This document shows positions 19,273-28,249 of a stretch of 64,000 nucleotides of DNA, one piece after another (the stretch's first letter is position 1; each line of letters starts with the position of its first letter). Location of the stretch: NCBI GenBank assembly GCA_013203315.1, contig JABMQJ010000016.1:1-64000 (forward strand), in the 5' to 3' direction. The notes below the pieces were generated by a model, which worked only from the letters and a program-made list of their open reading frames with translations, was not told the DNA's origin and ran no database searches. This stretch comes from Candidatus Omnitrophota bacterium. Its GTDB lineage: Bacteria > Omnitrophota > Gorgyraeia > JABMRN01 > RBG-13-46-9. The translations under genes were made by a program, and so were the position numbers.

Positions 19273-20997
19273 ATGAAACAAAAAACACTTTCAGACAGGC
19301 TGCTCGATATTCTCCAACAAAAAAATCTTATAAATGCGGACCAGGCCAAGAAGGTTCTGAATATCCGCAAAAAAGAAGGGGGGAGCCTGGGAAAGATTCT
19401 GACAGGCGAAAACATTATAACGCATAAGGATTTAATGGTTCTTTTGAGTGAGCAATTAGACATTCCTCCCATTGACCTCTCAAAATATAAGATTGATCCG
19501 AACATCGCGAAGCTCGTGCCGGAGAAGCTCGCAATGCAACATAACCTTATTCCCGTATCGAAAATAGCGAATACCATTACCGTTGCCATGGCAGATCCGA
19601 CCGATATCCTGGCAATAGATGATATGAAAACCGCCCTACCCCCGGACGTGAGTAATATCGATATTATTATTGCCACTCATAGTGACATCAAAGAGGCTCA
19701 TGCGAAAATTTTCGGATCGCCTACAGAAGACATTCTAAAAATAGCGGTTGATGCTGATGTTGAAACAGTGGAGATTGTTGAGGAAGAAAAACTGGACATA
19801 GGCGAAATTACAGTCGAAAGTAAAAAAGCCCCGATTGTTAAAATAGTTTCGCTAATATTAAACGAAGCCCTAAAGCGCAGGGCCAGTGACATACATATTG
19901 AGCCAACAGAAAAAGATGTAAGAGTACGGTACAGGATTGACGGTGCCCTGCGGGAAGCGCTACGACTGCCTAAAAAGAATCAGAACGCTATCGTGGCAAG
20001 GCTTAAAATAATGTCGAAGCTGGATATTACCGAAAACAGGGTCCCGCAGGACGGCCGTTTTAAAATAAAATCCGGGGCCAAAGGCATAGATTTTCGCGTA
20101 AGTATTTTACCCATAGCTTTCGGAAACAAGGTTGTTTTAAGAGCGCTCGACAAGTCGAATCTGGACATAGGGTTGGATAAATTGGGATTTTTACCGGGCC
20201 CCCTGGAAGCATTTAAAAAAGCACTGGAAAGGCCTTTTGGAATGATTCTTTTGACCGGACCGACAGGAAGTGGAAAGTCTACAACCCTATACTCCATAAT
20301 TAATAAGCTAAACACTCCCGCGAGAAACATTATAACGATAGAAGACCCTGTTGAATATGAACTGGAAGGCATAACGCAAATTCAGGCAAACCCCGAGATA
20401 GGCCTTACCTTTGCAAACGGCCTTAAGTCCGTTCTCCGACAGAGTCCTGACATAGTCATGGTAGGGGAGATAAGGGATTTTGAAACAGCTGACATTGCGA
20501 TTAAGGCATCTCTCACAGGGCAACTTGTCCTTAGCACCTTGCACACAAATGATGCAGTAGGAGCCATTACGAGATTGGTAGACATGGGCGTTGAGCCATT
20601 CCTTGTGTCTGCCAGCCTTGTTCTTACTGCCGCGCAAAGACTGCAAAGGAGCATATGCCCGCGATGCAAGGAAGCAATTGACGTTCCTCGCTCTGTGCTT
20701 GAGCGGGTCGCTGGAACTAAAGATGTGGAGAAACTCATAAAAAGAAAGCCATTTTATAGCGGAAAAGGATGTCCGCGTTGCAATAATACCGGTTATCTTG
20801 GAAGGGCAGGCGTTCTGGAGACGCTAACGATTGACGACGCGATAAGAGACATGATTATAAGGAGGGCCTCAACGGAGGAAATAAGTAAGTACGCTATTTC
20901 TAAGGGAATGATGACTTTAAGGGATAGCGCACTGGAAAATTTTGCTGCCGGGCTAACCACTATGGAAGAGGTTCTAAGAATTACTACGGAGGATTAA
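19273..20997 (+). CDS. pilB: Type IV pilus assembly ATPase PilB/GspE, paralog 2
   Basis: ASDIHIEP, RVPQDGR, GPTGSGKST, LRQSPDIVMVGEIRD, STLHTND, CPRC twice. Confidence 0.92.
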   Translation: MKQKTLSDRLLDILQQKNLINADQAKKVLNIRKKEGGSLGKILTGENIITHKDLMVLLSEQLDIPPIDLSKYKIDPNIAKLVPEKLAMQHNLIPVSKIANTITVAMADPTDILAIDDMKTALPPDVSNIDIIIATHSDIKEAHAKIFGSPTEDILKIAVDADVETVEIVEEEKLDIGEITVESKKAPIVKIVSLILNEALKRRASDIHIEPTEKDVRVRYRIDGALREALRLPKKNQNAIVARLKIMSKLDITENRVPQDGRFKIKSGAKGIDFRVSILPIAFGNKVVLRALDKSNLDIGLDKLGFLPGPLEAFKKALERPFGMILLTGPTGSGKSTTLYSIINKLNTPARNIITIEDPVEYELEGITQIQANPEIGLTFANGLKSVLRQSPDIVMVGEIRDFETADIAIKASLTGQLVLSTLHTNDAVGAITRLVDMGVEPFLVSASLVLTAAQRLQRSICPRCKEAIDVPRSVLERVAGTKDVEKLIKRKPFYSGKGCPRCNNTGYLGRAGVLETLTIDDAIRDMIIRRASTEEISKYAISKGMMTLRDSALENFAAGLTTMEEVLRITTED

Positions 20998-21001
20998 ACT
21001 A

Positions 21002-22219
21002 ATGGCTAGATTTAAATACGTAGTCAAAGACAAAGACGGTAAAACTGTAAAGGGAACCGTTGAAGCCCAGGCAAAGGAAGGCGCGGTTCTTTCTTTGAGA
21101 GAGAAAGACTTGATTATAGTCTCCCTTCAGGAAGAGAAAGGGGGAGCGCGATCTTTGGGGCTATTTTTTCCTAAAAGGCAGAAGGTAAAAATAGACGACC
21201 TTGTCATATTTTCCCGGCAGCTGGCCACGATGGTTGATGCGGGCATACCCCTTGTTAGCGCGCTGGATATTCTGGCAGAACAGATTGAAAAACCGTCCCT
21301 CAAATACGTTATCTCGAAAGTCCACGATGACGTAGAGACTGGTTCAAGCCTGTCAGAGGCCCTATCTAAATATACAAATATTTTTTCAAATCTTTTTGTC
21401 AACATGGTTCGCGCCGGCGAATCAAGCGGTATGTTGGACGAAATCCTTGACAGGCTCGCTACATACCTTGAAAAAACAAGTAGCCTCCAGAAGAAGGTAA
21501 AGTCCGCTCTTGTTTATCCGGCGGCTGTAACAACTATGGCCATAGGCATAACCGTATTTTTGCTGGTCAAGGTAATCCCGGTTTTTAAGGACATATATTC
21601 GGGTTTCGGGGCCCAGTTGCCTACGCCCACCATGGTAATACTTAGCATAAGTGACTTTTTACGAAATTATTTTTATATCGCGATCGCTGCTATCATTATT
21701 TTCTTTCTTCTCATAAGCAGGTATATTAAGACTGATAGGGGCAAAACAAGATTTGACCGCTTAAAGCTCAACATACCAATATTCGGTACCCTGGCAAAAA
21801 AGGTGGCAGTCGGCAAGTTTGCAAGAACCCTTTCCACGCTAATAAAGAGCGGGGTTCCGATATTGAGCTCACTTGAAATCGTGAGTAAAACCTCCGGTAA
21901 CTGCGTTATAGAGAAGGCTGTAGACAACGTCAGGACAAATGTGCGCGAAGGAGAAGCTATCGCTGACCCCCTCTCAAAAAGTGGGATATTCCCGTCTATG
22001 GTTGTGCGCATGATTTCAGTCGGCGAACAGACTGGGGAACTTGAGAAGATGCTGACAAAAATAGCGGACTTTTATGATGAGCAGGTAGACACGGCTGTAA
22101 GCGGCCTTACAAGCCTTATCGAGCCCCTCATAATAGCCTTTTTAGGCATTGTGATAGGGGGCATAGTGATATGTATGTTCCTTCCCATATTGCAGATATC
22201 GTCGGTACTGAACGTATAA
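21002..22219 (+). CDS. pilC: Type IV pilus inner-membrane platform protein PilC/GspF
   Basis: FSRQLATMVDAGIP, AGESSG, SALVYP, VGEQTGELE, LIEP. Confidence 0.95.
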   Translation: MARFKYVVKDKDGKTVKGTVEAQAKEGAVLSLREKDLIIVSLQEEKGGARSLGLFFPKRQKVKIDDLVIFSRQLATMVDAGIPLVSALDILAEQIEKPSLKYVISKVHDDVETGSSLSEALSKYTNIFSNLFVNMVRAGESSGMLDEILDRLATYLEKTSSLQKKVKSALVYPAAVTTMAIGITVFLLVKVIPVFKDIYSGFGAQLPTPTMVILSISDFLRNYFYIAIAAIIIFFLLISRYIKTDRGKTRFDRLKLNIPIFGTLAKKVAVGKFARTLSTLIKSGVPILSSLEIVSKTSGNCVIEKAVDNVRTNVREGEAIADPLSKSGIFPSMVVRMISVGEQTGELEKMLTKIADFYDEQVDTAVSGLTSLIEPLIIAFLGIVIGGIVICMFLPILQISSVLNV

Positions 22220-22220
22220 G

Positions 22221-22242
22221 AGCCCCTGGCACCCCTGGGGCT
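22221..22242. other. GC-rich hairpin between pilC and the pilin promoter
   Basis: AGCCCCTGG-CACC-CCTGGGGCT; no U-tract, so terminator function is uncertain. Confidence 0.45.
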
Positions 22243-22245
22243 ATC

Positions 22246-22274
22246 TTGACTTTTAGCCACTTGTGTGATATAAT
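22246..22274 (+). promoter_or_regulatory. Near-consensus sigma70 promoter of the major pilin
   Basis: TTGACT (22246-22251), 17 bp spacer, TG-n-TATAAT (22269-22274); strong RBS gaaggtg. Confidence 0.85.
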
Positions 22275-22314
22275 AACGTTGTCCCTACATGGGAAGGAAG
22301 GAAGGTGAAAAAAC

Positions 22315-22650
22315 ATGAAAAAGCTAAAGAAAAAAGGGTTTACGCTCGTCGAAATCATGATCGTTGTTGCAATTATAGGTCTATTGGCGGCTATAGCCAT
22401 TCCTAACTTTGTAAGGGCTAGGACAACGGCGCAAACCAATTCCTGCATAGCTAACTTAAAGCAGCTCGAAGGGGCTGTCCAGGTCTGGGCTATAGAAACA
22501 GGTGCGGGTGATACCGATGCCTCGGTGCTATCCGATTTAACACCGTACGTCAGACGTTGGCCCTCATGCGGAACAAGCGCATATGCGGCGCCAACCAGTG
22601 CATCTCAAACACCTACGTGTCCACTCGCCAACACTGACCACGTGCTCTAA
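22315..22650 (+). CDS. pilA: Type IVa pilin (probable major pilin)
   Basis: Class III signal KKKG|FTLVEIMIVVAIIGLLAAIAIP; own promoter and terminator; Cys-containing, Ser/Thr-rich C-terminus. Confidence 0.88.
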   Translation: MKKLKKKGFTLVEIMIVVAIIGLLAAIAIPNFVRARTTAQTNSCIANLKQLEGAVQVWAIETGAGDTDASVLSDLTPYVRRWPSCGTSAYAAPTSASQTPTCPLANTDHVL

Positions 22651-22680
22651 GGGCAAGAGCATTTTGAAGGCGTAAGCCTG

Positions 22681-22715
22681 AATAGGGGGTGATGAATTCA
22701 TCACCCCCTATTTTT
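22681..22715 (+). terminator. Intrinsic terminator after the pilin
   Basis: Perfect palindrome aatagggggtgatgaattcatcaccccctatt followed by a T-run. Confidence 0.85.
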
Positions 22716-22730
22716 ATATCTTTAATATTT

Positions 22731-24740
22731 ATGAAGATCAGCATAATACTTTTTATAATCATATCCCTGGGGGTATTGGCGTATAGCAATTCTTTGGGCA
22801 ACAGCTTTGTATGGGATGACTCCGGCTTTATAATCAAAAACGATTTTATAAAAGACCCCAAGCTAATTTCCTCATATTTTACTTCCAAAGAGGCCCTGGC
22901 AAAAGGAAGTCTTGCCGGTGAGAATTACAGGCCATTCCTGACGCTTTCGTACGCGATAGATTACTTTTTCTGGCGGTTAAACCCGCTCGGCTACCACATC
23001 TCAAACCTTTTTTTTCATATACTATGCGCCATTTTGCTTTTTTTCATTGTGCTAATTCTCACAAAAGACAGGATCGTAAGTCTATTTACGGCCCTTTTTT
23101 TTGTAACTCATCCGATACAGACCGAAGCAGTTACCTGGATATCCGGAAGGGCTGATGTTCTCTTCTTATTTTTTTATTTGTCTTCACTGCTTTTATATAT
23201 CAACTTTGTAACGCGCGGGCGACCGGGACTTTATTTTCTTTCGCTCATTGCTTTTGCATGTTCGCTTTTTTCAAAGGAAATGGCAGCGAGTTTACCCTTC
23301 ATAATAATCTTGTACGATATTTTTTACGGAAAAAAAGAAAAAATCAGCGCGCGCGCGGTAAGGTATTTTAGTTTTTTTTTAATACTTGAGTCTTACATAA
23401 TTCTGCGCCTTCATATTATAGGAAAACTTGCGCAGACCGGTTACTGGACAGGGGATGTATACACGACCTTTCTTTCGATGGCTCGCGGCGTTGTATTTTA
23501 TATAAAACTACTTTTGTATCCGGTTAACTTGTGCGCTGATTATCTGAAGTTTCCGCTCTCAGACTCTATTAAAGAGCCCGGGGTAATTTTTTCCATTGCG
23601 GTGATAGGCATGCTTTTAGGCGTGGCATTAAAGCTTTCCAGGAAGCATAAGCACATTTCTTTTTCCATACTCTGGTTTTTTATAACCCTGGGCCCCGTTA
23701 TAAACATTATCCCCATCAATATATTAATAGCGGAGCGTTTTCTGTATTTACCATCAATAGGATACTGCCTGCTAATCGCCGTGCTTATAGCAGGAGCCGC
23801 GGACAAGATGAAAAAAATAAAAGGCTTAATTTATTTGCCACTCGCTTTTGCTGTTTTTTTAGTCGGTGCATATTCGTATTTAACCATGATGCGAAACGAA
23901 GATTGGGCAGATGATGTAACGCTATGGGAGCAGACTGTCCAAGTATGTCCCAACAACGAAAGGGCGCATCACAATTTAGCGGCATCTTATATCATAAAGG
24001 GAACCGATATCGAAGAGGCGCATAAACAAGCTCTGAAAGCCCTCGAAATTGAGCCGGGTTATTCCCGTTCGAGATTAGTGGTGGCAACATACCTTATCAA
24101 CAAAAATAAACCGCCAGATGCCATTGCGGAAATTAAAAGGGCAATAAAGGATGATCCGTATTTTGTGGAAGCGTATGCCTTTTTAGGTAATATTTATACG
24201 TTTCTGGGGGAGTACGAAAAAGCGTATAACGAATACAAAAAAGCGCTGATATTAAAGCCGGACTTTCTTGAAGCCAGTATAAATGTGGCAACACTTTATT
24301 TAATAAAAGGCGACATGGGTTCAGGCATTGAAGAGTTCAATAAAATCCTAAAAAGGCCCAGGGTTCGGCATCACAAATCGATTTATGCCGCGGTATACCT
24401 AAGACTGGGAGATGCCTATTTTACAGCAGGTGACGAAAAAAGCGCCATGCGGGCCTGGCGTAAGGTTCATGAGGACTTTGCTACCGAAATATGGTTTCAC
24501 GAGATATCCAAATTTCTTATAGGGGAAATTACACTGGAGGGCTTACTCCGTGAATCCGACAGTTGGCAACCGGAATTTAAGGCCATATGCTATTACTATG
24601 TCGGCTTAAAAAAAGAGATGCAGCGCGATTTTGAGGGCGCTAAAATCTATTACGAACAATCCAAAAACCTTATCACGAAAACGTTTCAGCAAGTCCGGGT
24701 GCTTGCAGAGAGACGCTTACTAGCGCTGGAAGAAAAATAA
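22731..24740 (+). CDS. TMTC-like GT-C membrane glycosyltransferase with C-terminal TPRs
   Basis: FVWDD, NYRP, FVTHPIQTEAVTWISGRAD, SKE and AERFLYLPS motifs, multiple TM helices, TPR repeats. Start moved to 22731 because 22689 lies inside the terminator. Confidence 0.85.
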   Translation: MKISIILFIIISLGVLAYSNSLGNSFVWDDSGFIIKNDFIKDPKLISSYFTSKEALAKGSLAGENYRPFLTLSYAIDYFFWRLNPLGYHISNLFFHILCAILLFFIVLILTKDRIVSLFTALFFVTHPIQTEAVTWISGRADVLFLFFYLSSLLLYINFVTRGRPGLYFLSLIAFACSLFSKEMAASLPFIIILYDIFYGKKEKISARAVRYFSFFLILESYIILRLHIIGKLAQTGYWTGDVYTTFLSMARGVVFYIKLLLYPVNLCADYLKFPLSDSIKEPGVIFSIAVIGMLLGVALKLSRKHKHISFSILWFFITLGPVINIIPINILIAERFLYLPSIGYCLLIAVLIAGAADKMKKIKGLIYLPLAFAVFLVGAYSYLTMMRNEDWADDVTLWEQTVQVCPNNERAHHNLAASYIIKGTDIEEAHKQALKALEIEPGYSRSRLVVATYLINKNKPPDAIAEIKRAIKDDPYFVEAYAFLGNIYTFLGEYEKAYNEYKKALILKPDFLEASINVATLYLIKGDMGSGIEEFNKILKRPRVRHHKSIYAAVYLRLGDAYFTAGDEKSAMRAWRKVHEDFATEIWFHEISKFLIGEITLEGLLRESDSWQPEFKAICYYYVGLKKEMQRDFEGAKIYYEQSKNLITKTFQQVRVLAERRLLALEEK

Positions 24741-24753
24741 AGCGGAGGCAATT

Positions 24754-25518
24754 ATGCTTGAAGGCAAGAAAATTATTGTGGTCATGCCGGCTTACAACGC
24801 GGAAAAAACGCTTAAAAAAACCTATGATGAAATTCCAAAAGAAATCGTAGATGAGATCCTTGTAATAGACGACTATTCTACCGACAGAACAGTTGAGGTC
24901 GCCAGGGGGATGGGGCTCGAAGTTTATGAGCACGAGAAAAATAAGGGGTATGGAGCGAACCAAAAAACATGTTACAGCCAGGCCCTTAAGAAGGGCGCCG
25001 ATATCGTAATAATGCTTCATCCCGATTATCAATATCCGCCTAAGCTTATAACTGCAATGGCAGGCCTCGTGTCCTCAGGTATTTTTGACGTGGTTTTGGG
25101 CTCCAGGATTCTGGGGGGTATGGCCATTAAAGGGGGCATGCCTCGATATAAGTATTTTTTCAACAGAATGCTTACCTTAGCCGAGAATGTTTTAATAGGC
25201 CAGAAACTTTCGGAGTATCACACCGGTTTCAGGGCATTTTCCAAAGAAGCGCTGAAAAAAATTCCTCTTTTAGAGAATTCCGACGATTTTTTATTTGATA
25301 ACCAGATGCTTGTTCAGGCGATTTTCTTTGGTTTTAAGATCGGTGAGATAACGGCGCCCTCTAAATACACTAAAGAATCATCATCGATAGGGTTTAGGAG
25401 AAGTTTAGTCTATGGTGTTGGCGTAATCACTACGGCCATGAAATTTGCCATTCAAAAACTGAAAATAGCCCGGTTTCCTATGTTCGATGAAGAGGGGGCG
25501 AAGCTTGACAAACCATAA
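24754..25518 (+). CDS. GT2 family glycosyltransferase (DPM1-like polyprenol-phosphate sugar transferase)
   Basis: VVMPAYN, IDDYSTD, NKGYG, HPDYQY, VLGSR, TGFRAF. Confidence 0.85.
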   Translation: MLEGKKIIVVMPAYNAEKTLKKTYDEIPKEIVDEILVIDDYSTDRTVEVARGMGLEVYEHEKNKGYGANQKTCYSQALKKGADIVIMLHPDYQYPPKLITAMAGLVSSGIFDVVLGSRILGGMAIKGGMPRYKYFFNRMLTLAENVLIGQKLSEYHTGFRAFSKEALKKIPLLENSDDFLFDNQMLVQAIFFGFKIGEITAPSKYTKESSSIGFRRSLVYGVGVITTAMKFAIQKLKIARFPMFDEEGAKLDKP

Positions 25519-25532
25519 TAATATGGTAGTAT
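25505..25532 (+). promoter_or_regulatory. Promoter for pilMNOPQ
   Basis: TTGACA (25505-25510), 16 bp spacer, TG-n-TAGTAT (25527-25532); ATG at 25543 with no SD. Confidence 0.6.
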
Positions 25533-25542
25533 AGTAGCATAA

Positions 25543-26568
25543 ATGAAGAAAAAAGCGGCAAAGCGAAAAGAGACTCATGTCGGCTTAGACATCGGCGCCC
25601 GGCTTATAAAGGCATTAGAGGTATCGCAAGAAGGAGAAACGCAAAGGCTTAACAAGATCCAGGTCGTCGAAATAGACACGCCTCCGACCAGCGAAAAAAC
25701 AGCCAAAGCGTTAAAATCCCTGTTCGATAAATTTCAGCCCTCCGTCAAAGAAGTTAACATTTCCCTTGCTGCGCCATCCGCCATTGTAAGATTTATCAGC
25801 ATGCCCAAAATGACAAAAGAAGACCTCAAAAATTCCCTTCACTTCGAAGCCGAAAAATATATCCCGTTTAATATAAACGAAGTGTTCATTGACGCCTCAA
25901 TTCTGGACGACGCAAGTGAAGGGCACAGCAAGGATATGCGCGTTCTCCTGGCGGCGGCAAAAAAAGACGCCGTGGATTCAAAGATTGCCACGTTAAAAGA
26001 GCTCGGGAGTTCTGTTTCGGTGGTAGATATTGACGGCTTTGCATGCTTTAACGCCCTCTGTAATTCCCGCGGGAAACTTGATGGCTCAAAGAGTGCGGCA
26101 GTTTTGAATATTGGCTATACTCAAACCAACGTTATCATAGCCCAGGGTGAGAGTCCTTTTTTCACAAGAGATATACAGATTGGCGCCAGAGACATTTCCA
26201 AGGCTATTTCCGACCACCTCAAGATCGAGGAAAAAGGGGCGGATAAGTTTATATTTGACCCGAAAGACAAAGCCACAGAAATTTTTGAAGCCGCGAAATC
26301 GGTTTTAAACAATCTCGCAGATGAATTAAGGCTCTCGTTCGGATACTACGAGAATCAAAACGGCAAAAGTATTAATGAAATTTATATATCCGGCGGCACG
26401 ACACGGCTAGGCGGCATCGTGGATTACCTGGAGGAAAATTTCGGAATGAAACCCATAATCTGGGATCCGTTTTCGAAATTCGAAATTAGCCCGGACATAG
26501 ACGCAAAATCGCTGGAACCATTGCGTTCGCAATTTGCAGTCGCTGCCGGCCTTGCCATCAGAAAATAA
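25543..26568 (+). CDS. pilM: Type IV pilus assembly protein PilM
   Basis: VGLDIG, EAEKYIPF, VLLAAAKKD, LNIG, FTRDIQIG, ISGG, AVAAGLA (actin-like PilM). Confidence 0.92.
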   Translation: MKKKAAKRKETHVGLDIGARLIKALEVSQEGETQRLNKIQVVEIDTPPTSEKTAKALKSLFDKFQPSVKEVNISLAAPSAIVRFISMPKMTKEDLKNSLHFEAEKYIPFNINEVFIDASILDDASEGHSKDMRVLLAAAKKDAVDSKIATLKELGSSVSVVDIDGFACFNALCNSRGKLDGSKSAAVLNIGYTQTNVIIAQGESPFFTRDIQIGARDISKAISDHLKIEEKGADKFIFDPKDKATEIFEAAKSVLNNLADELRLSFGYYENQNGKSINEIYISGGTTRLGGIVDYLEENFGMKPIIWDPFSKFEISPDIDAKSLEPLRSQFAVAAGLAIRK

Positions 26569-26579
26569 AAGACTAAAAC

Positions 26580-27245
26580 ATGATCGAACTGAACCTGCTG
26601 CCCGAAGAGCTTAAGAAGAAGAAAAAAAGAATCGAATTACCCGAGATTCCGTTTATCCCGATTAGCATTGCTTTAATCGCAGCGCTTGTAGTAATTCAGC
26701 TTTTATTAAGCGGTTGGATAGCGGCAACCAAATCGCAGATTTCTTCTTTGGAGAAAACCTGGAAGGATTTAGCGCCAAAAAAAACGGAATTTGAAAGTAT
26801 AAAAAAGAAGATTTCCGCTATCACCGGGAAGGCGCAGACCATTGAGTATCTTATCGATAAGCGTGTGAGCTGGGCACGTTTTTTAAATGAGTTAAGCGAC
26901 AGCGTCACAAGCAACGTTTGGCTTACAGGCCTCTCGTACAGCGAAAAAAGCGGAGTGCCCGTCACCAGGGCTTCGTCAAAAATTAAAACAAAATCCTCCC
27001 CGAATCCAAAAACCAAAACCCGCCGAGAACGCACTCTTACGATATCCGGCTCTGCCTCCGGAAGAGGGGAAGAGGCAACAGCATACATTGCGCGCTTCAT
27101 ACAGTCCCTGAAAGATAACGGTGACTTTTTTAAGAATTTTAACGATATCGAACTCGTTTCTATAAAACAAGATTCCGTGGCAGACCAGAATGTCATGGAC
27201 TTCAACCTTGCTTGCAGATTTAAACCCGATGCGGCAGGAGACTAA
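26580..27245 (+). CDS. pilN: Type IV pilus assembly protein PilN
   Basis: ELNLLP N-terminal motif, TM, coiled coil, VWLTGL. Confidence 0.88.
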   Translation: MIELNLLPEELKKKKKRIELPEIPFIPISIALIAALVVIQLLLSGWIAATKSQISSLEKTWKDLAPKKTEFESIKKKISAITGKAQTIEYLIDKRVSWARFLNELSDSVTSNVWLTGLSYSEKSGVPVTRASSKIKTKSSPNPKTKTRRERTLTISGSASGRGEEATAYIARFIQSLKDNGDFFKNFNDIELVSIKQDSVADQNVMDFNLACRFKPDAAGD

Positions 27246-27863
27246 ATGACGGCTTTACCAGGTTTATTTAAGAACATGCCCGAGCTTGCGCTGGATAAAT
27301 CGAAAAAGAGAATACTGCTTGTTTATGCCGGTATTTTATTAGCGGCCCTTGCGATCTACTTTTTGGTTTTTTTGAAACCGACCCTTGCAAGGTTATCCGA
27401 TTTGGTTCCAAAAGCGCAAGCCCTTCGAACGGACATAAAAGCAGTCCAAAACGAGCTTCCTTTCGAAGATAAGCTCAAGCAAAAACTTGAAAGCCTGCAG
27501 GGTGAATTAGGCGGCTACGAAAAGAAGCTTTCGCGGGAAAAAGAAATACCAATGCTCCTGGAAAGTCTTTCCAAGATGGCAAACGAATCCCGTGTAAAAA
27601 TATTGGGTATAACGCCGCTCGGTAAAACCTCCGGGAGGCAAGGAACCGATGTTGCCGACAACGAACGTATTTACCAGGAAGTCCCTATTGCAATAAGCGC
27701 CGAGAGTGCATACCACGCATTGGGCGATTTTATAAGCAAGTTGGAAAATGACGAACGTTACATGCAGGTTTCGGATATGAAAATCACACCCAACAAGGTT
27801 ACGCCGAAACGACACAATGTCGAATTCATAGTGTACGCTTATACGTTTAAGGGGGACGAATAG
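27246..27863 (+). CDS. pilO: Type IV pilus assembly protein PilO
   Basis: TM, coiled coil, EKEIPMLLESL, YQEVPIAI...YHALGDFISKLEN. Confidence 0.88.
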   Translation: MTALPGLFKNMPELALDKSKKRILLVYAGILLAALAIYFLVFLKPTLARLSDLVPKAQALRTDIKAVQNELPFEDKLKQKLESLQGELGGYEKKLSREKEIPMLLESLSKMANESRVKILGITPLGKTSGRQGTDVADNERIYQEVPIAISAESAYHALGDFISKLENDERYMQVSDMKITPNKVTPKRHNVEFIVYAYTFKGDE

Positions 27864-28232
27864 ATGAGCACGAAATGCATATGTATTTTAGCGCTCCTTT
27901 TCGTTGTCTCAATTTCTTTTAGCGTTATTGCGCATGCAGACGGGTCTTATGTCTACGACTCGCACGGCAGGCGCGATCCGTTTGTCCCGCTTTTAGGCGT
28001 AACATCCGGACCCCTGGGGTCGTTGGAAGATATTATGGGCATAGAAGACGTAAGCCTCCAAGGGCTTGCCGTTGACTCCGCCGGCAGAAAAGTCGTTGTA
28101 ATAAACGGTGAGATGGTAATCGAAGGCCAGACCGTAGGCCGTCTTACCGTGAAAAAAATTTTAAAAGACGAGGTCATATTGATTATAGATTATCGGGAGT
28201 ATACGCTTAATCTTTATCAGGATAAAGATTAG
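27864..28232 (+). CDS. pilP: PilP-like pilus assembly protein
   Basis: Signal peptide, RRDPFVP motif, LQGL...VVING beta domain; between pilO and the secretin. Confidence 0.7.
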   Translation: MSTKCICILALLFVVSISFSVIAHADGSYVYDSHGRRDPFVPLLGVTSGPLGSLEDIMGIEDVSLQGLAVDSAGRKVVVINGEMVIEGQTVGRLTVKKILKDEVILIIDYREYTLNLYQDKD

Positions 28233-28249
28233 ATAAAACGGAGGAAAAA

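Noticed and set aside
22689-22730. ORF-track start of the GT-C gene
   Set aside because: It falls inside the pilin terminator palindrome; the ATG at 22731 is more plausible.
26950-27030. Lys/Ser/Thr-rich insert in PilN with aaaacc-like repeats
   Set aside because: It looks like a low-complexity loop, with no clear repeat unit or palindrome.
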